Positions 17,356 to 26,488 of a stretch of 46,356 nucleotides of DNA are shown piece by piece; position 1 is the stretch's first letter; each line of letters begins with the position of its first letter. The stretch comes from Fibrobacteraceae bacterium (GTDB lineage: Bacteria > Fibrobacterota > Fibrobacteria > Fibrobacterales > Fibrobacteraceae), in assembly GCA_045615885.1 (NCBI GenBank), contig JAZLFR010000018.1:1-46356 (forward strand). The letters run 5' to 3'. The notes beneath the pieces are model-generated. The model did no database searches. It was not told the DNA's origin and saw only the letters and a program-made list of their open reading frames with translations. A program made the translations under genes and the position numbers.

Positions 17356-17672
17356 GCGTTGCGATCTTCCACATTGTTGACGGATATGATTTCATAGGGT
17401 CTCGCGTCCGAGCCCTTGTAGAGGATCATGGTCTCGTCAATGGCGGGAGAGTAACGCATGGTGATCGTCGCGGGCTCTTTGACCTTTTGCTCCAGAGCCT
17501 CAAAGACTTCACTCCCGTGGGCGTTGACCCACTTAACAAAAACGGGGGATGTAAAAACATCCCCCTCGGTTTCATGCGGATAGCCGTCATCGTCGTTTGT
17601 TCGGGTCACACGGACAAACCGCACCACCGTCCGCATCTCTCCGGCGTTGGCGCTTTTAGCCATCGGATGCAC
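17313..17672 (-). CDS. Head closure / head-tail adaptor protein
   Basis: Gene order; ~119 aa. Confidence 0.4.
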   Translation of the reverse strand: MHPMAKSANAGEMRTVVRFVRVTRTNDDDGYPHETEGDVFTSPVFVKWVNAHGSEVFEALEQKVKEPATITMRYSPAIDETMILYKGSDARPYEIISVNNVEDRNAWLEIKVQRKVAAR

Positions 17673-17955
17673 CGTCCTTCATGTAACGGAGCTTGAGCGT
17701 CATGCCGTTTTTCATGCGCTCGATGTTCGCCACCGTCACATCGGGATAAGCACCGGAGATCCCCATGCTGCGATTTTCATAAAACTCTCCGGCGATCTCT
17801 TTGATGTACTGATCGTAGAGTGGGTTGGCTTGAAAATCGGGGACCCCGGCACTCTGTGCCTCCGCCTTTGCCGCGTCGATAAACGGCTGTAAATCCTCCG
17901 AGCTGTCAGGCGGCAAGCGCAGATAGCTCGCAAGGTCATTGACACTCACCGCCAT
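17656..17955 (-). CDS. Head-tail connector (gp6-like) protein
   Basis: Small acidic protein immediately after the MCP. Confidence 0.4.
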   Translation of the reverse strand: MAVSVNDLASYLRLPPDSSEDLQPFIDAAKAEAQSAGVPDFQANPLYDQYIKEIAGEFYENRSMGISGAYPDVTVANIERMKNGMTLKLRYMKDGASDG

Positions 17956-17962
17956 ACCAGCC

Positions 17963-19414
17963 TCACATCTTCACGACGTTGGTGAACACGCTCTTGCCGT
18001 CGTAAGTAACCTTGCAGCGGAAGCTCACGCCGTCGTCCGCAGAGGTGGTGGTCAGGGAGGCGGTGTTGTAGCCGGTGTAACTGGAAGTGGTGTCCGTCCA
18101 GACGCCGTCATCCTCGTACTGCCACAGGTAGGTGATACCGCTGGTGGGAGCGACGGAGGGATCGACATTGAAAACCGGGGTCGCGTCAATCTTGTTGGTT
18201 CCCTTGGTCGCAGTGCCGCCGATGATGGCCGTCGCAACGATGGCGAGACGGAAAGCGGATTTCAGCTTGATCTGGTGGTCGCCCCACGCGGTCAAGACAT
18301 ACTTGAACCAGCCCTTGTCAATGTCCTTATCAGCATCGAGGACAGCGACGGGATCGTAGTTCTGCTTGGCGAAATGGAAGTCGCCGACAACGGGGATAAC
18401 GGCTTTGTCGTTGAAAACGACTTCACAGCCGATGACATCCTCGGGCTTTTTGCCGTAAAGAGGAATAGCGCCGTTGGCCATCGTGCGAACATAGGCGAAC
18501 CAGTCCTGAGCGCGCATGACGCACTTCGCTTTGGCGCGGAAAGCGTCGGGAAGATCGCCGAGAGCCTTGCAGATGGCGTCGATAATGTCCGTGCCGTTGA
18601 TAGCCTTGATACCGGCCATGTAGAAGCTCATGTGCTTGTGGTCGTCGTCGGCAGAGGTGGCAAAGGCGCGGACTTTCTCCTTGCGGGCAAGAGCCGAGCG
18701 GAGAGCGCCCTCGACCTCGGAAATAAGGTCGGTGTTGGTGCCGTAAACCACGGTGTCGGAAATCTGGACTTTCACCTTGGTCTTGTAGCGGCCAAAGGAA
18801 ACACTGTCGGAAGAAACGGCAATTTCCTTGGCGGTCTCGCCGTCCACAACATCCTCCAGAAGATCGTCGTCGTCGATGTCAAAGGAAACGCGGGGCTCCT
18901 CCAGACCGGCGATCTGGGAGGTCTCCTCCACCTGACGCAGGGAGTTCTCCTCAATGGGCTCGGTGATGATCTCGTTAGACAGGTTGGTAGGCAGAAGCGC
19001 GGAGCCGTTGCCGAGGTCAGCGGAACCGGCAGGGATGCCGCCGAGACCCTGATAGGCTTTTGCCACATCGCCCTTGGTGGCGACAGCGCGGAAGTAGTCA
19101 GCCTTAGCCTTGAGCATAACGTCCTCGGCGCTTTCTCCGTTGACAACACCGGAGGCGACAGACTTCTTCTGGGCTTCCTCCGCCTCCTTGATGCCGTCCT
19201 GCAGCATACCGAGGCGGGTCACGAGCTCGTCGGCCTTAGCCTTCTTGGTGTTCAGATCGTCCACCGACACATTGGGATCGGCGGCTTTTGCGGTAATCTC
19301 GTCCTTGATGTCGTTGATAGCGGTGGTGAGTTCCGCCGCCTTCGACTTCATCTCAAAAAGATTCATTTGTTTTTCCTCCATAAAAAATTTTGTATTTTCA
19401 ATTTGTGCGGACAA
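17963..19414 (-). CDS. Major capsid protein, HK97 fold, with N-terminal delta/scaffold-like coiled coil and C-terminal Ig-like (Big_2-type) domain
   Basis: Coiled-coil N-terminal ~100 aa; central MCP region; C-terminal ~85 aa with Ig-like TSG...YLWQY...VTYDGKS character. Confidence 0.75.
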   Translation of the reverse strand: MSAQIENTKFFMEEKQMNLFEMKSKAAELTTAINDIKDEITAKAADPNVSVDDLNTKKAKADELVTRLGMLQDGIKEAEEAQKKSVASGVVNGESAEDVMLKAKADYFRAVATKGDVAKAYQGLGGIPAGSADLGNGSALLPTNLSNEIITEPIEENSLRQVEETSQIAGLEEPRVSFDIDDDDLLEDVVDGETAKEIAVSSDSVSFGRYKTKVKVQISDTVVYGTNTDLISEVEGALRSALARKEKVRAFATSADDDHKHMSFYMAGIKAINGTDIIDAICKALGDLPDAFRAKAKCVMRAQDWFAYVRTMANGAIPLYGKKPEDVIGCEVVFNDKAVIPVVGDFHFAKQNYDPVAVLDADKDIDKGWFKYVLTAWGDHQIKLKSAFRLAIVATAIIGGTATKGTNKIDATPVFNVDPSVAPTSGITYLWQYEDDGVWTDTTSSYTGYNTASLTTTSADDGVSFRCKVTYDGKSVFTNVVKM

Positions 19415-19417
19415 TAA

Positions 19418-20203
19418 TTAAAGCCCCCTTGCAAACTGCAAGAGAGCTTGACGCTGCGCCCGTTCCTCGGCGCTCATGGCGGCTGCCTTAAACTTTGGCA
19501 TCAGCCGCTCGATTCGGTTTTCATAGCGAGACATATCGGAAACCTCGATTGCGTCCAGTGCATCAAACGCGCCCTCGATTTCCGCGTCCTGCTCCGCTTT
19601 GGTTACACCGGCGGCACGCTGAACGGGAACTGCACAGAAAGAAACCTCAAAAGCGTCCGTCGGTTTATCCAAAACACCGGCACACATTTTCCCGTCGTAT
19701 GTTTGACCTTTGACATGCCCGCCCTCGCACTCGCGCTCCCACGTTCGCCAGTTCAGAGTGAGCGGCGAGCCGCAGATGGAGCAGTTCTGCTCCTTGCACT
19801 GACAGCCGATGGAAACCTCCTTCAAGATGCCTGCGTCGATCTTGTCGATAACAGGCTGCGTTTCCTCGGTGATGGGAATGTACGCGCTTCCCATGAGCCG
19901 GACAAACGGCATATTGTAGCTCGTCTTTTCCTCGGTGGTCTCGACCCATGTTTTGTAAAGCCGAGCCATCTGGTTTTCCGCGCTCCACCGATGGTCAATA
20001 ACCATCGTCTTGCCCGTCATCATCGGCGCGAGCTCGTTGATTGTTTTCACGGAAAACATCTCATTGTCGCGGTCTACCTCGTTGTCGCATATCGCAACAG
20101 AAAAGCAATACACCTCATCCGGCATCATCTCGCGGACGGTAAGGCGGTTGATAGCCGCAATATCCGCATCGGTAACGACGGACTTCACAATAGGCGCGTT
20201 CAT
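19418..20203 (-). CDS. Prohead protease / scaffold-type protein
   Basis: Position between portal and MCP; conserved His/Ser candidates; Cys cluster (CQCKEQNCSICG). Confidence 0.4.
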   Translation of the reverse strand: MNAPIVKSVVTDADIAAINRLTVREMMPDEVYCFSVAICDNEVDRDNEMFSVKTINELAPMMTGKTMVIDHRWSAENQMARLYKTWVETTEEKTSYNMPFVRLMGSAYIPITEETQPVIDKIDAGILKEVSIGCQCKEQNCSICGSPLTLNWRTWERECEGGHVKGQTYDGKMCAGVLDKPTDAFEVSFCAVPVQRAAGVTKAEQDAEIEGAFDALDAIEVSDMSRYENRIERLMPKFKAAAMSAEERAQRQALLQFARGL

Positions 20204-20439
20204 TTCTCACCCTCCCGAATGACATTGATGATGTCGGCTTTCTTCTTGGCGTCACCGAGGTCAATGCCGTGCTTCTCCGCATAATTGCGAAGCTCGCCCA
20301 CTGTCATGGCGGTCAAGTCAATTTCGGCAGCTTCGGGCGCTTCCGCCTTGGGGCAAATCGCAGCGGCGCGATACTCGCCCCAGTTTGTGTATTTCGTTCC
20401 GGCTTTCTTTTCTTCCAGCCACGCTTCATACAGCGTCAT
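20200..20439 (-). CDS. Small protein with HeH/Rho-N-like motif
   Basis: LTAMTVGELRNYAEKHGIDL motif; probable start at MTLYEAW. Confidence 0.3.
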   Translation of the reverse strand: MTLYEAWLEEKKAGTKYTNWGEYRAAAICPKAEAPEAAEIDLTAMTVGELRNYAEKHGIDLGDAKKKADIINVIREGEK

Positions 20440-21769
20440 TTTGTTTGCTCCTTTCGTTTGTGATATCTCGCCCTGTGTTGTAATCCACCTTTCCGGCAGC
20501 AAGCACACGGGGCTTTGTGTTTACGGTGTATTCAACAGTCGCCAAGTCCTGCGAGATAAACGGATGCGATCCCATGCCATTCGGAAGCGGAGCGTCGCCG
20601 TTCGACCGCCTCACTTCATCGACGAGCTTAATGCTGTTTCGGATCTGCTTACTGGCAACCTCCGCCCTTGTAGCGGCGTCCGCGCGGAGAATGGCGTCGA
20701 TGTTGAACCGGAAACCGTATCCCTTATCCACGAGCTCCGGCGTGAGCAGTTTGATGTTAAGTTCCTGCTCATAAGCCGTAACGATCGGAAGCATGGTAAG
20801 CTGTAAAAATTCCAGCATTTCCTGCTCCTGGCTTCCGTAGCTCGTGTCGGAATAATCTCCCATCAAGTGAGGAGGTATGTTGTAGACAGTCGCCACCTTG
20901 GAGCGCGTTATTTTTTCAACCTCAAAAAGTTTTGGGTCAACAGGAGACGTTCCAAGGCTTTTTGCCTGAATCCCGCTTTCAAGCAGAAGAATGTTTCCCG
21001 CCGTTTTTCGGTAAGTATCCATAAAGTCGTTAATAGCTTGCTCACGCTGCGTCGGGCCGAGCTGTGTCGGAGCTTCCAGAACGACCGCCGCATTCACGCC
21101 CTTCTTCAACTGCTCTGCCGAAAACTCCATGATGGCGTCGTTGTATTTCAGCGTATTAAAAAGCACGGCAACAGGGCTTACGCTTGCATATCCGTTTGTC
21201 GAAAGAAACGGAACGGTTATCATATAAAAACCATGGACATAAAATTCATTTCCCGGAAGCTCCGGCATGATCCTGTACCACAATTCGCCCGTTTCGTTTT
21301 CTTTCATCGGCGTAACTCTGGCCGGGTCCAGAACATCTATGCGGTCAAGCTCTCCGCGCTTGTTGTAGACCTTTAGCCCGTAATTGACACCCGCCGTGCA
21401 TCGGCAGGCCTCCATCGTCTTGATGAAGTTGCAGCTTGTCATACCCGTAGACGGCATAACTCCGACAAGGTAATTCAGTTTTTTTGCAAGCGGACTTTCA
21501 TCTGCCAAGAGGTTAATTGGCACATCGTTCCGGCACAGCCGCACTGGCATAGCGGACAGCGCGTTGGAAATACGGCTGACCGCCGAAAATATAAGCTCGC
21601 TGTTTTGAAGCGTGTAGTCCGTTCGGCGAAAAAAAGAAAACCACGAAAACCGTATCCTGTCCTCACTCGGAACAGATAAGCCCTCCGCGATTTTTGCCTT
21701 TCTTGTGACTTCGCCGCTTTTAACCGCCGCGTCTATGATCGCCTGGCGGCGTTTCTCGCGCAGTCCCAA
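20426..21769 (-). CDS. Portal protein
   Basis: 447 aa, directly downstream of TerL. Confidence 0.7.
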   Translation of the reverse strand: MGLREKRRQAIIDAAVKSGEVTRKAKIAEGLSVPSEDRIRFSWFSFFRRTDYTLQNSELIFSAVSRISNALSAMPVRLCRNDVPINLLADESPLAKKLNYLVGVMPSTGMTSCNFIKTMEACRCTAGVNYGLKVYNKRGELDRIDVLDPARVTPMKENETGELWYRIMPELPGNEFYVHGFYMITVPFLSTNGYASVSPVAVLFNTLKYNDAIMEFSAEQLKKGVNAAVVLEAPTQLGPTQREQAINDFMDTYRKTAGNILLLESGIQAKSLGTSPVDPKLFEVEKITRSKVATVYNIPPHLMGDYSDTSYGSQEQEMLEFLQLTMLPIVTAYEQELNIKLLTPELVDKGYGFRFNIDAILRADAATRAEVASKQIRNSIKLVDEVRRSNGDAPLPNGMGSHPFISQDLATVEYTVNTKPRVLAAGKVDYNTGRDITNERSKQNDAV

Positions 21770-21770
21770 T

Positions 21771-23453
21771 TTATAACCCCCTTAAATTAAGTACAGTTGT
21801 CAACTTTTTGTCCTCCGGTATCTTCAAAGGATTTGCCCTCATGTACTCGCAGTGAGCATCCAAAAGCGCGGCAAAAGCATCTATCTTCCTGTATCGGTTT
21901 TGTTTGGTCGGAAGATAGGTGGAGTTCGCACTCCGCTTCGTCAGCTTTACATTTCCGAGATACCAGTTAAAAAGCTTGTTGTTGTTGTGGATGATGTTGC
22001 CGTCAATAAACCGTTCTTTCAGATTGTCCAGCGGCGCCGTCAGTGTGATTTCGCCCTGACGCACCACATTCATAACAAAGCCTTTTTCTTGCAGATTGCG
22101 CACAAGGTCATACGCCTTGGCAGGGTCGTACCCGATACTCTCAATGCGGTATTTCTCACGCATTTCCAAAAACCAATTCAGGATATAGGTGTAATCGACA
22201 TACTCCCCCGGGCATACCGTAAGCCAGCCGTTGTCGATCATGCTCTGCCAGTCCAGCTTTTCATTGTCCGCATCCATTTTCTTTTTTGGTACCCATGTAT
22301 GCGTGATAACAAAAAACTGATTGTCCGGCAGCGGAAATTCCAAAACAGCCGCCGTAAAGTCCTCCGAGTTGGATAGGTCGAAACCGCCGTAACAAACAGA
22401 TCCGTCCGGCAGGTCATAGGTTTTATTGTTTCTGAGAATAACCTTTGGATCGAGGAAGGAAAGCTCATCGACCTTTGTAAACACATTGAGCTGCTTATTG
22501 ATGAAGTTGCTTTTTTCTTCCGGTATGCTTTTGACACGAGCCCATTTGTCTTTAAGCGTCTCAATATCAAGGAGCGTTCCGAGCGACGGATTGGCTTTCC
22601 CCCATTTTGTCCAGTCGTCCGGGTCGTCGTCCTCGTCGATCTCGTCGATGTAGACGAACATCCTGTCGGCGGCTCTTTGGTCTATCGCCTCATCTCGGTC
22701 AAGCACCTTTCCGCCGAGGACGTACAGGTCCATCAGCGGCCCGTCGATAACGCTTCCGAGAGTTGTAATATAAAAAATCAAGGGCTGTTTCCGTTTAACG
22801 GTTTTGCCCTTGATTACGTTGATAAGCTTGTAATCCCGATACTCATGTATTTCGTCGAAGATCCCAAGGTGGACATTCAGGCCGTCCAGATTTTTAACCT
22901 CAGACGAAAGAGCCTTGATGAATCCGGTACCATACGATATATCGGTTTTCGTTGCGTGGATGTGCTTTCTAAGCAGCGGCGAGCTGTCTATTGCGTTCAG
23001 GCATGATCCAAACACGATCTTGGCCTGATCTTTTGAGTTGGCGAGCGTATAAACCTCCGCGCCTTTTTCGCCGTCCTTTGTCAGCATTTCGATGGCCACG
23101 CCGGAAACTATCGTGCTCTTTCCGTTTCCCTGCCCCACGATACAAAGGCTTTCATTGAAGCGGCGCAGCCCTGTTTTTTTGCTCACCCACCCGAATGTAT
23201 TTTCAATAACGAAAGATTCCCACGGCAAAACATCCGTTTTGTTATAAGCGCCCTTGGACGGAACAATGAACTTTTCTATAAAGTTCGGGACACGGCGAGC
23301 AAGTTCCGTATTAAACATCCACGGGTAATCCGGGCTCTTTTGCATTTCCAGTTCATCAAGAAACCGCTGGCACGCCTGAACGCGGCGCTTGCCCGAGAGA
23401 ATTTTTCCACCGACAACATCCAGTGCAAATTCATTGCCCTGTGTGATGTTCAC
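21771..23453 (-). CDS. terL: Terminase large subunit
   Basis: Walker A IVGQGNGKST; 560 aa; acidic nuclease-domain motifs. Confidence 0.85.
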   Translation of the reverse strand: MNITQGNEFALDVVGGKILSGKRRVQACQRFLDELEMQKSPDYPWMFNTELARRVPNFIEKFIVPSKGAYNKTDVLPWESFVIENTFGWVSKKTGLRRFNESLCIVGQGNGKSTIVSGVAIEMLTKDGEKGAEVYTLANSKDQAKIVFGSCLNAIDSSPLLRKHIHATKTDISYGTGFIKALSSEVKNLDGLNVHLGIFDEIHEYRDYKLINVIKGKTVKRKQPLIFYITTLGSVIDGPLMDLYVLGGKVLDRDEAIDQRAADRMFVYIDEIDEDDDPDDWTKWGKANPSLGTLLDIETLKDKWARVKSIPEEKSNFINKQLNVFTKVDELSFLDPKVILRNNKTYDLPDGSVCYGGFDLSNSEDFTAAVLEFPLPDNQFFVITHTWVPKKKMDADNEKLDWQSMIDNGWLTVCPGEYVDYTYILNWFLEMREKYRIESIGYDPAKAYDLVRNLQEKGFVMNVVRQGEITLTAPLDNLKERFIDGNIIHNNNKLFNWYLGNVKLTKRSANSTYLPTKQNRYRKIDAFAALLDAHCEYMRANPLKIPEDKKLTTVLNLRGL

Positions 23454-23455
23454 GG

Positions 23456-23851
23456 TTAAAAGCCCTCAAACTCGTCTTTATCTCCGCCCTCCACCGTCTC
23501 CTGCGGCTTGATCTTGTCAAGGAAGTCGTGGAGCTGCTTCATCACAGAGACATAGTTTTTCATGTATTGATTGTGCAGCTTTGCCGCCGTGCTCTCCTTT
23601 TTGCCGGACTGGTTTTCTCCGTTCTGATATTCCTCAACAAATCCGTTGACAACAACATCATCCGAAAGCCTGTCCAGCGTCACTTTCAGAAAAGCCGCCT
23701 GCGCGATCTCACCCTTGGCGAGTTCCAGTTGATCTTCGTCCGCGTTGGCGAACAAATCAAAAAGCCGTTCGTATTCCTGTTTGATTTCCTTGTCGTCCGG
23801 CAAAGCCTTTTTGACCTTATCCTGTTTCCCTGCCATGCTAGTCTCCTTCAA
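23456..23851 (-). CDS. Terminase small subunit (putative)
   Basis: 131 aa, immediately upstream of terL and downstream of the HNH/cos region. Confidence 0.45.
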   Translation of the reverse strand: MKETSMAGKQDKVKKALPDDKEIKQEYERLFDLFANADEDQLELAKGEIAQAAFLKVTLDRLSDDVVVNGFVEEYQNGENQSGKKESTAAKLHNQYMKNYVSVMKQLHDFLDKIKPQETVEGGDKDEFEGF

Positions 23852-23949
23852 ATTTTTCAGCGTTGCAAAATTTCAGATTTTATTTCCCAAATAAAAAAGG
23901 CAGACAAGCCAAGAAAAGCCGTCTGCCTTTATACTCTTTTTATTTAATT

Positions 23950-24048
23950 TTTGCGTAAAAACTCAAATTTTAGTTTGGCGCATCTGTAAATAATACTAAT
24001 GTTTGCGCCAAAACTCAAATCCTCGCCAAACGCACCTGTAAATAATAA
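23950..24048. repeat. Two ~46-bp imperfect direct repeats (tttgcg.aaaactcaaat...ctgtaaataata) in the HNH-terS intergenic region; putative cos/terminase recognition region
   Basis: Repeats at 23950..23995 and 24003..24048; HK97-like HNH-cos-terS-terL arrangement. Confidence 0.4.
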
Positions 24049-24211
24049 TAGATTACTATTTGTATTTAATTCAGCGCAGCCGCGCTGTAATCTGCCGGGC
24101 AACACCCCTTTGACCACACCCCTCACGCCCGCATAGCCTCCGTACCAACGAAGGAGGGCTGCACGGTGTAGCCGGGCGGATATAATAAAAAATAGTGTAG
24201 GGGGGTACACT

Positions 24212-24487
24212 CTAAACCTTAATCACCCTAACCCCTATCGGAGTATTATCTATCCTTAATCTATCTCTACGCTTAGTCTGCTCGTGGCAGGAACGGCAGC
24301 AGGAGGTCAAGTTGGACAGCTCCAACGCCAAGTCCGGCCTGTCCTCCAGCTCCTGCACATGGTGCACCGTGTCGGCGATCCGGCTGCATCCGGCGAACCG
24401 GAGCTGACATAGATACCCGTCACGCTCCAGGGCGGCGCGGCGGGCATTCTTCCAGGCGGCGCGGTCATAAAATCCCTGCTGTTTCAT
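24212..24487 (-). CDS. HNH endonuclease (terminase-associated)
   Basis: Cys/His pattern C..C...HH...NL..CC..CH; 91 aa; adjacent to the terminase genes. Confidence 0.75.
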   Translation of the reverse strand: MKQQGFYDRAAWKNARRAALERDGYLCQLRFAGCSRIADTVHHVQELEDRPDLALELSNLTSCCRSCHEQTKRRDRLRIDNTPIGVRVIKV

Positions 24488-24550
24488 CGTCGCCGCTTTT
24501 CCGCCGGACAGATCCCCGGCGCCTGCATCGACGCGGGCATATCCTCCGGC

Positions 24551-24586
24551 TTCCCGTTTCCCGTTTCCCGTTTCCCGTTTCCCCCC
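24551..24586. repeat. Tandem heptamer (TTTCCCG)x4 plus a partial unit in a ~600-bp GC-rich non-coding region
   Basis: Direct reading; surrounding ORFs are Arg/Pro/Ala-rich and overlap one another. Confidence 0.8.
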
Positions 24587-25094
24587 TCACGATCTGGACC
24601 ACCGGCGCCGGCCGTATGGGTCACGATCCCGCAGGCTTTACCGCCGCCGTCAACCTGCACAACGGCACGATCCGCCGCCGAAGGTCAGCGCGAACGGCGA
24701 GGATTTATGCGCGCGCGTCAAGCTAGTATTTAATATATTATATAATCTCCCCCTTCCCCCGTTCCGTCGTTTTGACGAACACGAAAGGGAAAGCCGACCG
24801 GCGGCGCCGGCGGACAGCAAAGGCCGGAGCGCATCCACGCGCCCCGGCCTTATATATGCGGGCTCCATCGTTTCCGGCAGCACCCACGCACGGCCGAAGC
24901 CGCCGCGGGCGTGAAGCCCCAGCCGCAGGAGACAGCAGGCCAAAAGCAAAGGCGGCAACCCCCGAAGGAGCGCCGCCCATACTTTTTGACGCTATCAATA
25001 TAACACAGCCGTTTTGAATAGTCAATGATGAAGTTTTGAAGATTGCGTTTTTTCTCCCGCTCGCCGCCTGGATATAAACGCGCCCCGGCGCAGA

Positions 25095-25304
25095 TCACCC
25101 GCGCCCGCTCTCGTCGGTATCCTCTCCCGCTCCGATCACGCGCCACACGCAGCCAAGAACAAAGGCATTGACCGACTGCCCAGCCGCAGCCGCCGCCGCT
25201 CGGATCCGCTGGCCGTCGGCCTTTGACGCGAAAACGCGGAGCTGGTCGTATTTTTCCTTTGTGTATTGGATATCATACTTTTTCTTTTTTTCCATATCTC
25301 TCAT
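25095..25304 (-). CDS. Ribbon-helix-helix (CopG/Arc-like) DNA-binding protein, putative repressor of the divergent + strand block
   Basis: 69 aa; lysine-rich N-terminus then a helical segment; divergent from the consensus promoter, with direct-repeat operators of the kind RHH proteins bind. Confidence 0.4.
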   Translation of the reverse strand: MRDMEKKKKYDIQYTKEKYDQLRVFASKADGQRIRAAAAAAGQSVNAFVLGCVWRVIGAGEDTDESGRG

Positions 25305-25323
25305 AAAAAACCACCTCTATATT

Positions 25324-25352
25324 ATTTTATAGCAAGCCGCCGTCATTGTACA
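25324..25352 (-). promoter_or_regulatory. Candidate promoter for the RHH gene: -35 TGTACA, 17-bp spacer, -10 TAAAAT; the -35 lies inside operator repeat 1
   Basis: Read on the minus strand; RBS GAGGTGG 7 nt before the start. Confidence 0.35.
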
Positions 25353-25453
25353 TTGTCACAACCCACAAAAACATTGTACACAGTTTGTGCACTTTTCCGC
25401 GTTGACATTGTACAGTGTCGCGGCTATAATCACAGACAGTAAGACATTGTACA
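25344..25453. promoter_or_regulatory. Four direct repeats of (A)CATTGTACA (25344-52, 25371-80, 25405-14, 25444-53); putative operators
   Basis: Exact 9-10-mers; repeat 3 overlaps the -35/spacer of the consensus promoter. Confidence 0.6.
25402..25430 (+). promoter_or_regulatory. Perfect consensus sigma70 promoter: TTGACA, 17-bp spacer, TATAAT; drives the + strand gene block
   Basis: TTGACA 25402-07 and TATAAT 25425-30; first ATG at 25499. Confidence 0.65.
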
Positions 25454-25498
25454 GCGACACACCACCACGACAGGCCACAGGCCGGAAAGGACACGAAA

Positions 25499-25777
25499 AT
25501 GGAACTCAGAACGAGAATGCTTGTAGACAGTGCCAAAGTTACCGCGCTTTGCATCAAAAAAGATTACTACACCTGCGGAACGGTTGACGAGTACGGAGAA
25601 ATGCTTGCATCTTGCGAAAACGCAGACAGCAACGACGCGGTTTTGAAGATCGCGCTAGACATCTTCCATCACAGCAACCACGAACACATGGACGGAAGCC
25701 GCACCGAAGAAGTGGAAAACATTTGCTTTGAAATCTTGAACGACTGCACCTATTTTCTCGCGTCGATCGACGAATAA
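25499..25777 (+). CDS. Hypothetical protein
   Basis: First ORF after the promoter. Confidence 0.45.
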   Translation: MELRTRMLVDSAKVTALCIKKDYYTCGTVDEYGEMLASCENADSNDAVLKIALDIFHHSNHEHMDGSRTEEVENICFEILNDCTYFLASIDE

Positions 25778-25973
25778 CACAATGACCGTTCTATTATGGA
25801 TCATCCGCGCCGCGCTGGCGCTGGCTTTTTTCCGCGCCGTCTGGCGCTGCATCACAAGAGCGCACGAAATCAACGACTTTTAAACCCGCTCCACCTGCTG
25901 ACACTCTCGCGGGCCTGCACAGCCACCAGCAGCCCGCGCCCATCAAAAACTTAAACAAAGGAGATATAACACC

Positions 25974-26474
25974 ATGACAAACTACTTCGAAAACATCGGA
26001 ACCCTTGACGAACTGAAAAAGGCATACCGCCGCCTTGCCATGCTGCATCACCCCGACAGAGGCGGAGACCTGGAGACCATGAAAGAGATCAACCGCCAGC
26101 ACGACGCGCTTTTTGAGATCCTGAAGCACCAGCACAACGCCCGCGCCGATGCCGACACCACCGGCAGAACGCACCGCACCACCGAAAGCCCGGAGGAGTT
26201 CAGAAACATCATTGACCTGCTCTTGAAGCTGGACGGGTTGAAAGTCGAGCTTTGCGGCTCTTGGCTTTGGATCGGCGGCGAGACCCGCAAGCACAAGGAC
26301 GCATTAAAAGCGGCTGGCTGCAGGTGGAGCAGCAACAAAAAACTGTGGTATTGGCGGCATCCCGAAGATGCGCACCCTTACCACCGCGGAAAGAAAACCA
26401 TTGGCCAGATCCGCACCAAGTACGGCTCGCAGTTCTTCACCGCCGACGGCGCCGAGGCCGTCGCCACCGCGTAA
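25974..26474 (+). CDS. J-domain (DnaJ-like) protein with an uncharacterised Trp/Cys-containing C-terminal region
   Basis: YRRLAMLHHPDRGGDLETMKEINRQHDAL contains the HPD motif. Confidence 0.75.
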   Translation: MTNYFENIGTLDELKKAYRRLAMLHHPDRGGDLETMKEINRQHDALFEILKHQHNARADADTTGRTHRTTESPEEFRNIIDLLLKLDGLKVELCGSWLWIGGETRKHKDALKAAGCRWSSNKKLWYWRHPEDAHPYHRGKKTIGQIRTKYGSQFFTADGAEAVATA

Positions 26475-26488
26475 AGGAGGCGCCCTCC

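Noticed and set aside
17939-19417. 492-aa + strand ORF
   Set aside because: Antisense to the major capsid gene; Gly/Val/Ala-rich artefact.
24551-24586. (TTTCCCG)4 array as a possible CRISPR or telomere-like feature
   Set aside because: Units are 7 bp with no spacers; not CRISPR architecture. Kept only as a tandem microsatellite.
24650-25146. Four mutually overlapping ORFs (24650..24958, 24738..25025, 24772..25017, 24850..25146)
   Set aside because: All overlap one another on both strands in a ~70% GC stretch; Arg/Pro/Ala-rich; no RBS. Treated as non-coding.
25782-25883. Possible 33-aa hydrophobic peptide (MTVLLWIIRAALALAFFRAVWRCITRAHEINDF)
   Set aside because: Plausible small TM peptide overlapping the stop of the preceding gene, but there is no RBS and it is too short to support from sequence alone.
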